Of a stretch of DNA of 64,000 nucleotides, positions 46,007 to 56,803 are shown piece by piece (position 1 is the first letter of the stretch; the number at the start of each line of letters is the position of its first letter). The notes under the pieces are model-generated. The model was not told the origin of the DNA, did no database searches, and was given only the letters and a program-made list of their open reading frames with translations. The stretch covers positions 5,460-69,459 of the forward strand of contig JAAWAM010000032.1 in the NCBI GenBank assembly GCA_022792135.1, in the 5' to 3' direction. The DNA comes from Clostridia bacterium (lineage in GTDB: Bacteria; Bacillota; Clostridia; TANB77; CAG-508). The position numbers and the translations under genes were made by a program.

Positions 46007-47380
46007 ATGATGATAGATAGAGTAAGAGAAGTGGCTTTAAAAACATTATATCGTATTGACAAAGAAGGGGCTTATTCTAATCTGGCGTTAGATGAGCAAA
46101 TTCGACAAAATAGAAAGGAGTTAAAGGAAAAGGATATTGGTTTGATTTCAGAAATTGTATATGGAGTGACCACTTGGAGATTGACATTAGATGAAATTGT
46201 TAAGAAATATTCTAGTATTCGTTTAAAGAAAATTTCTCCGTGGATTTTAAATATCTTAAGAATGTCGATTTATCAGATTGTATTTTTAGATAAAATACCA
46301 AAGTCAGCAGCTGTAAATGAAGGGGTAAATTTAGCAAAAAGGTATGGACATAAAAGTAGTAGCGGTTTTACCAATGCTATTTTGAGAAAAGTAAGTAAAA
46401 AAGATTATGAAGAGATGTTTGAAATAAAAGATGAGATAGAAAGGATTTCAAAAACAACTTCTATGCCAAGGTGGATGATTGAGGAATTAAAAAAAGAAGG
46501 ATTAGAGATTGAAAAAGTAGAAGAAATTTGTAAGAATTCTAATAGAAGACCTGAAATTTCCATTCGAGTGAATCGATTAAAAACAAATCCACAAGACTTA
46601 AAGCAAAAATTACAAGAAACAGGAATTGAAGTTGAAGAAGGAATTTTACAAGATTTTTTAAGAATAAGTAATGTAAAGAGTATAGAAAAAAATAAGGAAT
46701 TTAAAGAAGGAATGTTTACAGTGCAAGATGAGGCAGCAGGTTTAACAGCTATTTTATTAAATCCGAAACCAAAAGAAATCATCTTAGATGCTTGTAGTGC
46801 ACCAGGAGGAAAAACCACATATATAGCAGAAATTATGGAAAACAAAGGTGAAATAGAGGCATGGGATCTTTATGAACATAGAACAAAATTAGTAGAACAA
46901 ACAGCTAAAAGATTGGGAATTGAAATCATAACAACACAAGAACAAGATGCGACAAAATATAAAGAAGAATATTTTGAGAAGTTTGATAAAATTTTGTTAG
47001 ATGTACCATGTTTAGGGATTGGTGTTTTGAAAAGAAAGCCAGATATTAAATGGCAAAAAAAGCCAGAAGACATAGAAGAGATAACAAAAATTCAATATAA
47101 AATATTACAAAATTGTTCAAAATATTTAAAACCTGGAGGAGAAATGATTTATTCAACTTGTAGTATTTTCAAACAAGAAAATCAACACATAATAGAAAAA
47201 TTTTTAGAAGAAAATTCAAATTTTAATATACAAGAAAATCTATTCCTAATGAATAGTAACTGTAATAGTAACAGTGGGAATCTATATTTTAAACAATTTT
47301 TAGTTCATAAGTGTTATTTGCAGGTGTATCAAAATGAAAAAACAGATGGATTTTTCATCTGTAAGTTATGGAAAAAATGA
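46007..47380 (+). CDS. rsmB: 16S rRNA (cytosine967-C5)-methyltransferase
   Basis: NusB-like N-domain plus Nop2/Sun catalytic domain (DACSAPGGKT, LDVPCLGIGV, YSTCS). Confidence 0.85.
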   Translation: MMIDRVREVALKTLYRIDKEGAYSNLALDEQIRQNRKELKEKDIGLISEIVYGVTTWRLTLDEIVKKYSSIRLKKISPWILNILRMSIYQIVFLDKIPKSAAVNEGVNLAKRYGHKSSSGFTNAILRKVSKKDYEEMFEIKDEIERISKTTSMPRWMIEELKKEGLEIEKVEEICKNSNRRPEISIRVNRLKTNPQDLKQKLQETGIEVEEGILQDFLRISNVKSIEKNKEFKEGMFTVQDEAAGLTAILLNPKPKEIILDACSAPGGKTTYIAEIMENKGEIEAWDLYEHRTKLVEQTAKRLGIEIITTQEQDATKYKEEYFEKFDKILLDVPCLGIGVLKRKPDIKWQKKPEDIEEITKIQYKILQNCSKYLKPGGEMIYSTCSIFKQENQHIIEKFLEENSNFNIQENLFLMNSNCNSNSGNLYFKQFLVHKCYLQVYQNEKTDGFFICKLWKK

Positions 47381-47579
47381 GATAAATTGATAAGATTACA
47401 AAAATGTTACATTTGTATTACGATTATGTTAAAATGGTTGACTTTTTAGTAAATAAATATAGAATATAAATAGATTTTAAATATTATGCAAGAAAAAAAT
47501 AGAATGATGTAAAATATCTTGAAGTATATTTTGAAGTTTATTGTAAAAAATAAAAATAAATACAAAAAAGGAGAGAAAA

Positions 47580-49199
47580 ATGTCAAACTGTTTAGGACTA
47601 TATATTGAAAAACATTTAATTAAATATGCAAAAGTTTCTAAAGAACATGACAATATAAAAATAGAAGCATTTGGGGTTAAATTTTATGACAAGATTGGTG
47701 ATGCGATTTCTCAAATAATTGAAGAAACTTATAGTCAAAAAACACCAATTAGTGTAAATATGTCAGAAGAAATGTATCATTATTTTGATATGTTTGCATT
47801 GTTAACCAAAAATGATTTGCAAAAAGCAATCAAAACAGAATTTGAATCTTATTGTTCAGATAAAGGATACAATCCAAATGTGTTTGAAACAAGATATGCC
47901 ATTGTAGATAATCAATTAGATAAAGAGAAGATAAAAATAATTCACATAGCAGATAATAAAATAGAACTAAACCAAAGAATACAAGAAATAGAGGGATATA
48001 AACTAGCAAATGTTTCTCCTATTTCTATGTCAATTCCTAATCTAATTAATGCAGAAGAAAGCCAAAATTGCATCATTGTTAATATGGAAGAAAAAACAAC
48101 AATCACAACCATTTTAGGAACAAAGATATTTAATGTAGATATATTAGAAGAAGGAAGTACAGAAATATTAAGTAAAATCAATCTAAAAGAGAATTCGTAT
48201 TCAAAATCCTATGAAATCTGTAAAAATACTACCATATATACATCCGAAGGGAAGGAATTACAAGAGGAAGAGACAAACTATTTAGAAGATATTATGCCTA
48301 CTTTATACACAATCGTAGGAAAAGTAAGAAAAATCATTAATTCCATTACAGAAAAAATTGATAAAATTTATATTACAGGTACAGTAGCTTTAATTAACAA
48401 TGTAGATTTATATTTTCAAGAATATTTAACAGAAACAAATTGCGAAGTGTTAAAACCACATTTTATTGAAAAAACAAGAGAGATTAGTATCAAAGATTAT
48501 ATTGAAGTAAATTCAGCCATCTCAATTGCCCTAATGGGAGTGGGAGTAGGAATAGCAGGAATGAACTTTAAAAAGCAAACTTTTTCAGATAAAGTACCAG
48601 ATTGGTTAAAAATAGATGTAAATCCAGGAAAAAGCAAAAAGGAACAAAAAAATCTAGGTGGATTTTTAACATGGGATTTAGGACAAAAATTAGATAAAAC
48701 GGAAAAGGGACTTCTAAGAGTGGTATTAGGATTATTTTTATTAGTCGTTATTTATAGTGGTTTTTCTGCTCTTTTAAATTCACAAATCAATGAAAAACAA
48801 AAAGAGGTAGAAGATTTTATTGCGCAAACGAATCAACAAATTATGTTAGCCAATCAGGATAATGAAAGAATAAAATCAAAAACAAATGATTATACAAATT
48901 TAATCCAAAATATAGAAGAAGCGAATCAAAAAATAAGCGAGCGAAATAAAACTAGAAATGCGATTCCTAATCTATTAAATCAAATTATGTCTATCATACC
49001 AGAAAATGCTCAATTAACTTCGATTGAAAATACAAATGGTACACATATTGTAATAAATGCACAATCTAATAAATATGAGCAATTGGGATATCTAAAAGCA
49101 AAGATTAAATCTGATGTTATCTTAACAAATGTAATTTCAACAGCAGGACAAAAAGATAATCAAATTGTTACTGTAAAAATAGAAGGAGATTTGCCATGA
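47580..49199 (+). CDS. Type IV pilus assembly protein, PilM-like actin-fold domain fused to a TM segment and PilN-like C-terminal region
   Basis: 539 aa with an N-terminal PilM-like pattern, a TM helix at about residue 385-405 and a coiled-coil tail. It is the first gene of the pilus cluster. Confidence 0.6.
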   Translation: MSNCLGLYIEKHLIKYAKVSKEHDNIKIEAFGVKFYDKIGDAISQIIEETYSQKTPISVNMSEEMYHYFDMFALLTKNDLQKAIKTEFESYCSDKGYNPNVFETRYAIVDNQLDKEKIKIIHIADNKIELNQRIQEIEGYKLANVSPISMSIPNLINAEESQNCIIVNMEEKTTITTILGTKIFNVDILEEGSTEILSKINLKENSYSKSYEICKNTTIYTSEGKELQEEETNYLEDIMPTLYTIVGKVRKIINSITEKIDKIYITGTVALINNVDLYFQEYLTETNCEVLKPHFIEKTREISIKDYIEVNSAISIALMGVGVGIAGMNFKKQTFSDKVPDWLKIDVNPGKSKKEQKNLGGFLTWDLGQKLDKTEKGLLRVVLGLFLLVVIYSGFSALLNSQINEKQKEVEDFIAQTNQQIMLANQDNERIKSKTNDYTNLIQNIEEANQKISERNKTRNAIPNLLNQIMSIIPENAQLTSIENTNGTHIVINAQSNKYEQLGYLKAKIKSDVILTNVISTAGQKDNQIVTVKIEGDLP

Positions 49200-49858
49200 A
49201 AAAATTATTAATATTAATTTTAATCACGCTTTTATCCATACTTTCTATTTTTGTTGTGATTCAAGGAATCGAAATAGGACCAATAGAAATACTGGGAATT
49301 AAAGGAATCCAAACAAAAAATAGTGAGTTAGATACAAAAATACAACAAGCTGGAAAGCTAGCACAGAAAGATTATCAACAAATAATCAATACAGTAGACA
49401 CAAATGCGAAAAAACTAAAAGAAGAAAAGAAAAATTATGAAGATATGGTAACCATTAGTCAAGGAGATGGGGAGCAAGCAGCCAATCAAATTGAAAAATA
49501 TGAAATTGAGACTCTATGGGTAAGATTAGGAAATCATGCAACAAGTCAAGGGGTAGTAATGCAAATGGATGTAAAAAAAGGAAATAGTATGGCACCAGAT
49601 GTATATGACCTTAAATTCAAAGCAACAGGAAGCTATATTTCCATTACAGATTTTATTTCAGCAATTGAAAATGATAGCACATTAGGATTTAAGATAGAAG
49701 AATTCAAAATGAATTCATCTGAATCGGATTTGCAAGCAACTTTTATCTGTAAAGATATATCGATTAAAGATGTAACAGCAAATGCGGTTAGCAATCCAGC
49801 AGAGACAGAAAACGACATAAATACAACCAATACAAGCAACACCGATGTTGCAAAATAA
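49196..49858 (+). CDS. PilO-like pilus assembly membrane protein
   Basis: N-terminal TM helix plus coiled coil. ATGA overlap with the preceding gene. Confidence 0.45.
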   Translation: MKKLLILILITLLSILSIFVVIQGIEIGPIEILGIKGIQTKNSELDTKIQQAGKLAQKDYQQIINTVDTNAKKLKEEKKNYEDMVTISQGDGEQAANQIEKYEIETLWVRLGNHATSQGVVMQMDVKKGNSMAPDVYDLKFKATGSYISITDFISAIENDSTLGFKIEEFKMNSSESDLQATFICKDISIKDVTANAVSNPAETENDINTTNTSNTDVAK

Positions 49859-49871
49859 AAAGGAGAAGAAA

Positions 49872-50309
49872 ATGACAAAAACAATCATAAAAGAATTAAT
49901 TATTGTATTATTGATATGTTTGGCTATTATATTGATATTAGGAGTTGTATTATATGGATATGCTCCGATATCAAAAACGATACCAAATCAAATTTCATAT
50001 ACAACTCCACCAGAAGTAAAAGAAGAATTAGTAGCAGGTGAAGTAGACGAAAGTCAAGTGATTATGACTTATGAAATTAATTCTTCTGATTTGAATGATT
50101 ATAAAAGAATCAAAAATTATAAACCAGGAAAGGCAAATCCATTTTCATCCTATGAAGCACAAACAAGTGGTTCTAATACTACTACAAATGGTGCTTCTAA
50201 TGGAACAACAGGAAATGGAAACAATAATACGAATACTTCAGAAAATAAGATTGACGACCAAACAACAACATCTGGTGGTAACTTTTTCCAAGATAAAGGA
50301 ACCAAATAA
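49872..50309 (+). CDS. Membrane-anchored hypothetical protein with Thr/Asn/Gly-rich tail (pilus cluster)
   Basis: AAAGGAG SD before the ATG at 49872 and one TM helix. Confidence 0.4.
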   Translation: MTKTIIKELIIVLLICLAIILILGVVLYGYAPISKTIPNQISYTTPPEVKEELVAGEVDESQVIMTYEINSSDLNDYKRIKNYKPGKANPFSSYEAQTSGSNTTTNGASNGTTGNGNNNTNTSENKIDDQTTTSGGNFFQDKGTK

Positions 50310-50396
50310 AGTATCGTTATTAACATTATATTTATAATATTATAAATATAAGCCAACAAATATACAATTCTAAAGAAAAAGGAGGTGAAAAAACAA

Positions 50397-50810
50397 ATGA
50401 AAAATAATAAAGGTATTACATTAATCGCTTTAGTCATTACAATTATTGTATTATTGATTTTGGCAGGTGTATCAATTGCAATGCTTACAGGAAATAATGG
50501 TGTGTTAACACAAGCCAAAAATGCAAGTTCCGATACCAAAGTAGCAGAAGCAAAAGAATCTGTATCATTAAAGGTAAATGAATTAGTATCAGAATTCTAT
50601 GAGGAAAAATATGTAAATAGCAATACAGCAGCAGAAATGGCAAGTGTAAAAACATATATAGAAGCAAACTTAACATCAGAAGAAGGATTATACAATTATG
50701 ATACTGCAAATAAAACAATAACAATTATACCAGTAAACAGAGAAGGAAAACAAGAAACAGGAACCATTGATGCTGATGGAGCTATTACTTGGACAAATCC
50801 AACGGTATAA
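50397..50810 (+). CDS. Type IV pilin / pseudopilin with prepilin-type N-terminal signal
   Basis: MKNNKG|ITLIALVITIIVLLILAGV (class III signal-like, Ala rather than Glu at +5). GGAGGTG SD. Confidence 0.7.
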   Translation: MKNNKGITLIALVITIIVLLILAGVSIAMLTGNNGVLTQAKNASSDTKVAEAKESVSLKVNELVSEFYEEKYVNSNTAAEMASVKTYIEANLTSEEGLYNYDTANKTITIIPVNREGKQETGTIDADGAITWTNPTV

Positions 50811-50879
50811 AAAATGAATGAAAAAGCCATACGCACACTATGTGTGTATGGCTAAAATTATAAAAAGGATAACAAAATA

Positions 50880-51695
50880 ATGGAAATATTTTTTTACATT
50901 TTAATTTTTATAATCGGTACTCTATTTGGGAGTTTTTACACTTTAGCAGTTTATCGAATTCCCCAAAAGCAGGATATCGTATATACGCATTCTTATTGTC
51001 CTAATTGCCATCATAAATTAGGATTATTTGACTTGTTTCCTATTTTTAGCTATCTTTTTTTAAGAGGAAAATGTAGATATTGCAAAGAAAAAATTAGACC
51101 AAGATATTTTATATTAGAAGCCTTATCAGGGATTCTTTTTGTCGTGATTGCTTATTTGATGAATATAAATGTTTATCCTATGAATGAAACGACGATCCTA
51201 TCATACTGTTTTCTCATATTATACTTAACTTTTATTATTTTAATGGCTGGAATTGATAAAGAAAATAGAAAAATGGATAAAGCTGTAAATATCTATGGTA
51301 TTGCAATCTCCATTATGTATATGGCATATCTATGCATAGTAGAAAAAGCTAATATATATAGATATGGTATATATTTGATAGGTTATGTATTACTCCTAAT
51401 TTTTGATACCATCACTTTAAGAAAATATGCAAAAAGTACCTATGTGAATGGCATTTTAATCGCTATAATAACTATGATTGTATTCACAGGAGAGTATGTA
51501 ACAACAAATAGTATTATTATGACTTTGCTAGCAATGGCAATTTATTTATTATTACATAAAATAAAAAACAAAAAGAATCAATACAAAAAAAGTGATAAGC
51601 AGATTTCAGACCAAATTAGCATAGGATTTTATTTGGGAATGGCAAATATCATCCTATTAATAGGAGTTTTCTTCTATTATCACTTTCTATTATAA
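50880..51695 (+). CDS. pilD: Prepilin peptidase (A24 family, with N-terminal zinc-ribbon methyltransferase-type region)
   Basis: CPNCHHKL...CRYCKEKI motif plus a polytopic peptidase domain. Confidence 0.85.
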   Translation: MEIFFYILIFIIGTLFGSFYTLAVYRIPQKQDIVYTHSYCPNCHHKLGLFDLFPIFSYLFLRGKCRYCKEKIRPRYFILEALSGILFVVIAYLMNINVYPMNETTILSYCFLILYLTFIILMAGIDKENRKMDKAVNIYGIAISIMYMAYLCIVEKANIYRYGIYLIGYVLLLIFDTITLRKYAKSTYVNGILIAIITMIVFTGEYVTTNSIIMTLLAMAIYLLLHKIKNKKNQYKKSDKQISDQISIGFYLGMANIILLIGVFFYYHFLL

Positions 51696-51707
51696 AGGAG
51701 AAAAAGT

Positions 51708-52136
51708 ATGAACTTAAAAAGCCAAAAAGGGTATACAGGGATCGATATTGCAATATCAGTGATGGTAATTTTTATATTTGTTTCACTCATTGCTTTGTTA
51801 ATCTACAACGTTAATAGTACTTCTCAAAAAATAGAATTAAAGTCAGAAGCAACTTATATAGCGATAGATGAAATCGAAGCCATCAAAAATGAAAGCTTTG
51901 CTACTTATGAAGAAAGAAGTGTAGCTTCTGGAAATAGTGAAGAGCAAGCAGAAGTAGAAGGAAAAGAAGGTTTTTATAAAACCATTATTGTGGAAGATTA
52001 TACAGATATACAAGGAAATGAGAACAAAATACCAAATCTTGTTAAGAAAATAACGGTAAGAATTTCTTATATGTTTCAAGCAAAAGAGCAGAATATAGAG
52101 ATTTCGACCATACTTTCAAAGGAGAATGAATTATGA
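51708..52136 (+). CDS. Minor pilin-like protein
   Basis: MNLKSQKG|YTGIDIAISVMVIFIFV prepilin-like N-terminus. Confidence 0.5.
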   Translation: MNLKSQKGYTGIDIAISVMVIFIFVSLIALLIYNVNSTSQKIELKSEATYIAIDEIEAIKNESFATYEERSVASGNSEEQAEVEGKEGFYKTIIVEDYTDIQGNENKIPNLVKKITVRISYMFQAKEQNIEISTILSKENEL

Positions 52137-52552
52137 AATCACAAAAAGGAATAACCCTGATATCGCTAACAATATATGTCTTAGTTATGACAATTGTAAT
52201 AGCAGTTATGGCTCTTCTAACTACTTTTTTTTATAAAAATGTAAAAGAGGTTAAGATGGATATTGACCCTGTTACGCAATATACAACATTTAACGCCTAT
52301 TTTGCCGAGGAAATGAATCATACTAATTTAAAAATATGGGAATGTCAAGCTAACTGGGTTGTATTTAGTAATGGCGTACAATATAGATATATCCCTGAAA
52401 ATAAGGGGATTTATAGAAATCAAGTAAAAATTTGTAACCAGATAGAGCAATGTGTATTTTCAGAACAGATAAAAAATGGGAAAAGTGTAATCGAAGTGAA
52501 TTTCAAAGCAGGAGATCAGAGTCGAACAACAACTTATACTTTGAAAAATTAG
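52133..52552 (+). CDS. Minor pilin-like protein
   Basis: MKSQKG|ITLISLTIYVLVMTIV prepilin-like N-terminus. ATGA overlap. Confidence 0.5.
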   Translation: MKSQKGITLISLTIYVLVMTIVIAVMALLTTFFYKNVKEVKMDIDPVTQYTTFNAYFAEEMNHTNLKIWECQANWVVFSNGVQYRYIPENKGIYRNQVKICNQIEQCVFSEQIKNGKSVIEVNFKAGDQSRTTTYTLKN

Positions 52553-52641
52553 TAAATTTATGAAATCAAATGAAAAGGAACAAATGAGTTTAAAAATATT
52601 GTATAATAAATAAGGAATACAAAGGAAAGGAAGTAAGTCTT

Positions 52642-54276
52642 ATGGACATTAGAAAAAGGCAACCAATTGGTGTTGAATTGGTAAAAAGAAAAATTGTAAC
52701 AGAAAGGGATATAGAAAATGCACTAGCTTATCAAAAAGAACATCCAGATAAAAAAATAGGAGATATCTTATATCTTTTAGATGTTTGTGATCCACAGACC
52801 TTAATTGAAGCGATTGGTGAGATTATCGGTAGTAGAGGGATTTTGTTAAATGCTAAAATGTTAAAAGTAAAATTGACAGATTATCTATCATTAGATGTGG
52901 CTAAAAAAAATAAAGCAATTCCTTTTGAAGTAAGTTTAGGAAAGGTTAAAGTTTGCTTTGCCAATACAGTTAATAACAAATCTATGGACATGGTTAGATT
53001 ATTACTTTTAAATAAAGGGTTAGTAATGGAAAGTTATATTACCTTTGAGAGTGATATTGACCGAATTCTAAATTCTTTAGAGGGAACACCAGCCAATCAC
53101 CTTACTACTTCAGGAAGAAATGATACCATCACTGGTTTAGTAGATAGTATCATTAAAACAGGAATTGAAAGAAGAGCCAGTGATATCCATATTGAGCCGA
53201 TGCAAAATGAAGTAAGAGTTAGATATCGAATTGATGGTGAGCTATTTACAGCAGTTACCATTGAAAAAGAAAAACAAAGTCAAATTATTGGAAGATTAAA
53301 AGCGATTTCTAATATGCACCAAGAAAAACAAGAATCACAAGATGGAAGAATTTTACTTTATGAAGATTATAATATTCGTGCTTCTTCTCAACCAAATGTA
53401 TATGGAGAAAAGTTTGTTTTAAGGCTATTAAAGAAAAATGAAAATATTAGAAATATATTTGAACTAGGTTATCCAGGAACAGAAAAGGAATTTAGGAAAA
53501 GTATCAACAAGAGAAATAGTATTACAATAATTGCTGCTCCAACTGGAGAAGGAAAAACAACAAGTTTATATAGTATCATAGATTATCTAAATAGACCAGA
53601 AATTAATATTACAACAATTGAAGATCCAGTAGAAATTAGAATTAAAGGATTAAATCAAATAGAAATTGATAAAAAATCATCTTTTTCCAATTCTTTAAGA
53701 ACAGTACTAAGACAAGATCCAGATATTATCTTGGTAGGAGAAATAAGAGATAAAGAAACAGGGGAAATTGCGATACAAGCAGGACAAACAGGGCACTATG
53801 TTTTATCCACAATTCATACCATAGATAGTATCGAAGTAATTACTAGATTAAGAAAAATGGGACTTTCGGATTATGACATTGCAAGTACTCTTGCTACTTC
53901 TATTTCACAAAGATTGGTAAGAAAAGTATGTCCAGAATGTAGAAGAGAAAGAGAACTCAACGAAGATGAGAAAAGAATAATACAAGAAGTTGGTGAAAAA
54001 TATAATGTTTCATTTGATTTAGGAGCAAAGACTTATGATGCTATTGGTTGTCAGCGTTGTAATAACACAGGCTATTATGATAGAATTGGAATTTTTGAAA
54101 TATTGGATATCACAGAAGAAATAAAGTTAGACATTATGAATGGAAAATCCAGTATAGAAATTAAAAAGGAAGCTTTAAAAAATAATTATAAACCATTAAT
54201 CATCGATGGAATTAACAAAGTACTTCAAGGACATACTACATTAGAGGAATTAAACAATAAATTACGATTTTATTAA
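52642..54276 (+). CDS. pilB: Type IV pilus assembly ATPase (PilB/GspE family)
   Basis: MshEN-like N-domain, Walker A APTGEGKTT, tetracysteine CPECR...CQRCN. Confidence 0.9.
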   Translation: MDIRKRQPIGVELVKRKIVTERDIENALAYQKEHPDKKIGDILYLLDVCDPQTLIEAIGEIIGSRGILLNAKMLKVKLTDYLSLDVAKKNKAIPFEVSLGKVKVCFANTVNNKSMDMVRLLLLNKGLVMESYITFESDIDRILNSLEGTPANHLTTSGRNDTITGLVDSIIKTGIERRASDIHIEPMQNEVRVRYRIDGELFTAVTIEKEKQSQIIGRLKAISNMHQEKQESQDGRILLYEDYNIRASSQPNVYGEKFVLRLLKKNENIRNIFELGYPGTEKEFRKSINKRNSITIIAAPTGEGKTTSLYSIIDYLNRPEINITTIEDPVEIRIKGLNQIEIDKKSSFSNSLRTVLRQDPDIILVGEIRDKETGEIAIQAGQTGHYVLSTIHTIDSIEVITRLRKMGLSDYDIASTLATSISQRLVRKVCPECRRERELNEDEKRIIQEVGEKYNVSFDLGAKTYDAIGCQRCNNTGYYDRIGIFEILDITEEIKLDIMNGKSSIEIKKEALKNNYKPLIIDGINKVLQGHTTLEELNNKLRFY

Positions 54277-54297
54277 AAGACAAAGGAGGAAAAAAGT

Positions 54298-55398
54298 ATG
54301 AATTTAGATGAAATATTAGAAGAGGCAATTAAGGCAGATGCTTCAGATGTGCATTTAATATGTGATAATAAACCAATGTTAAGAATCGCAAGAGATTTAG
54401 TCCCTATTGACGGAAGTCAAATTTTAACACCAGAAGATATGAGTGAAATGTATGATTATTTAGTAAAAGGAAATGTGGATAAGGACGAAATTTTTAATAC
54501 CACTAGAAAATTAGATATGTCTTATGAATATAAAGAGATTCGTCTAAGAGTTAATATCTCTTTATCAGATGATATTCCGTTATTTACGTTAAGATTAATT
54601 AAAAATGAATTACCACCTTATGAATCATTGGGAGTACCAGATATTGTAAGAAGAATGACTTACCAACCACAAGGATTAATCTTAGTAACAGGTAAGACAA
54701 ACTCTGGAAAAACCACAACACTAAATGCATTAATTAATTATATTAATGAAAATCAAAATAAGAAAATACTAACCTTAGAAAATCCAGTAGAATACAAACA
54801 TCATTCGAAAAAATCTTTGATTGTACAAAAAGAAATTGGAAAAGGTAGAGACAGTTTGAATTTTAGTGATGGTGTAAAAAACTCGCTAAGAGAAGATTGT
54901 GATATTCTTGTAATCGGAGAAATTCGTGATAAAATGACCATGGAAGCAGCCATTGAAATGGCAGAATCAGGGCACTTGGTAATTGGAACTTTACACACAA
55001 AATCATGTGCAGAGACCATCGATAGAATGATAAATTTTTATGAAATAAGTGACCAAGCAAGTGTCAAATACTTACTATCATCCTTATTAAAATTAGTGGT
55101 ATCTCAAAGACTTTTAAAAGGAAAAGATGGAAAATTAGTATTAGTACCAGAGGTAATGGTAGTAGATAATATCGTTGCTGGAAATATTAGAAAAGACAGA
55201 TTAAGTGTATCAGAAATTGAAGATGCCATCCAAAGTAATGCAGATAAGGGAAGTATTGGTCTGATTAATTCTTTAGCAGAATTATTTGTAGCAGATAAAA
55301 TAACATTAGATCAAGCAAAAGAACAAATTGAAGAGAAAAATTTAGAAATATTAAATAGAACCATTATGCAGTTAAAGATTAAAAGAGATAGACACTAG
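54298..55398 (+). CDS. pilT: Type IV pilus retraction ATPase (twitching motility protein PilT)
   Basis: ASDVHL, Walker A GKTNSGKTTT, GEIRD, GHLVIGTLHT. Confidence 0.9.
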   Translation: MNLDEILEEAIKADASDVHLICDNKPMLRIARDLVPIDGSQILTPEDMSEMYDYLVKGNVDKDEIFNTTRKLDMSYEYKEIRLRVNISLSDDIPLFTLRLIKNELPPYESLGVPDIVRRMTYQPQGLILVTGKTNSGKTTTLNALINYINENQNKKILTLENPVEYKHHSKKSLIVQKEIGKGRDSLNFSDGVKNSLREDCDILVIGEIRDKMTMEAAIEMAESGHLVIGTLHTKSCAETIDRMINFYEISDQASVKYLLSSLLKLVVSQRLLKGKDGKLVLVPEVMVVDNIVAGNIRKDRLSVSEIEDAIQSNADKGSIGLINSLAELFVADKITLDQAKEQIEEKNLEILNRTIMQLKIKRDRH

Positions 55399-55414
55399 AA
55401 AGGAGGATTCAGAA

Positions 55415-56764
55415 ATGTCAAAATATATGTATAAGGCAATGACAAAATCAGGCGTAATTGTGAAAAATAAAATAGAATATGGAAGTAAACAAAAATTAGT
55501 TAAAACGCTAAAAAATAATAATTTACTCCCAATATCCATAGAGCAAGTTTCTTATCAAGGGAAGAATGTACCAAAAAGACAAAAGAAAAATATCACAGAT
55601 ATAGAAGAAGTTATGAAAAATATTAATACAACACAAATAGGAAATACGAAAAAGAGATCTCTTTCAACCAAAGAAAAAGTCAATCTATATTTTGCAAAGG
55701 CAGAAAGAATTACACAAAGAGATATTGTGGTATTTACGCAAAACTTCTATTTATTGAAAAAAGCCAACTTTAACAATATTCATGCCTTAAAAACAATTAT
55801 AGAAAGTACAGAGAACTTATCCTTTAGAGGAGTATTAGAAGATATATTAGCAGGAGTAGAAGCTGGTGAAAATATGTATACAACCATGGAATACTATTCT
55901 AATATATTTCCTTATATTTATATCAATATGATAAAAGTAGGAGAATTATCAGGATCGTTAACGAATTCTTTAGAACAAGCCGTAAAATATTTGGATGAAA
56001 CAGAAGCTTTAACTAAAAAACTAAGAACAATTTTGATTCCTAATATCATACAATTTGCCTTATTATTAGTGATGTTAGTGGTAGGAACTTTAGTTGCGAT
56101 ACCAGCCATCCAAGGAATATTTGACGAATTAGGAACAACAGAGACTTTACCAGCAATCACATTATGGTTTGCAGACTTTATTGATAAAGTGATTCAATAC
56201 TGGTATTTGCCAACGGTATTCATAGCAGCAATTGTAGCAGCCATTTTATTTTATATTAACACACCAAAGGGAAAATATAACTTCCATTACTTTAAATATA
56301 AAATGCCTATTTTTGGAGAACTCATTTATGCATTAGACTTCTCAAGACTAACCAAAGCAATGCTATTAAATTTAAAAAATGGAATGCGAATCCAAGACGC
56401 ATTGGAAGTTAGTAAAAATGTAGTCAAGAACTATGTCATGTTATCCATGATAGAAACTTCCATTAATAATATATTAATGGGATCATCTTGGATTGAACCT
56501 TTTGAAAAATCAGGACTTTCCAAATCAATGACAACAGAGATGTTACAAATAGGTATGCAGACAGACTTAACAGAAATGATGGAAAAATTAGTAGATTATA
56601 TGGATATTGATATTGACAATATTATGGGAAAAATTATGAAAGCATTGCCACAAGTAGTATATGGAATCGTTGGAATCGTATTAATCTTCTTTGTATTAGT
56701 AGTATTGGTACCATGTATCCAAGTTTATATGGGAAATTTCCTATTCTCAGCTTATGGCGTATAA
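55415..56764 (+). CDS. pilC: Type IV pilus platform protein (PilC/GspF family)
   Basis: 449 aa with two T2SSF-like repeats and three TM segments. Confidence 0.85.
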   Translation: MSKYMYKAMTKSGVIVKNKIEYGSKQKLVKTLKNNNLLPISIEQVSYQGKNVPKRQKKNITDIEEVMKNINTTQIGNTKKRSLSTKEKVNLYFAKAERITQRDIVVFTQNFYLLKKANFNNIHALKTIIESTENLSFRGVLEDILAGVEAGENMYTTMEYYSNIFPYIYINMIKVGELSGSLTNSLEQAVKYLDETEALTKKLRTILIPNIIQFALLLVMLVVGTLVAIPAIQGIFDELGTTETLPAITLWFADFIDKVIQYWYLPTVFIAAIVAAILFYINTPKGKYNFHYFKYKMPIFGELIYALDFSRLTKAMLLNLKNGMRIQDALEVSKNVVKNYVMLSMIETSINNILMGSSWIEPFEKSGLSKSMTTEMLQIGMQTDLTEMMEKLVDYMDIDIDNIMGKIMKALPQVVYGIVGIVLIFFVLVVLVPCIQVYMGNFLFSAYGV

Positions 56765-56803
56765 AGAAAATCCATTTTAGAAGCTATCTAAGGAGGAATG
56801 TTA

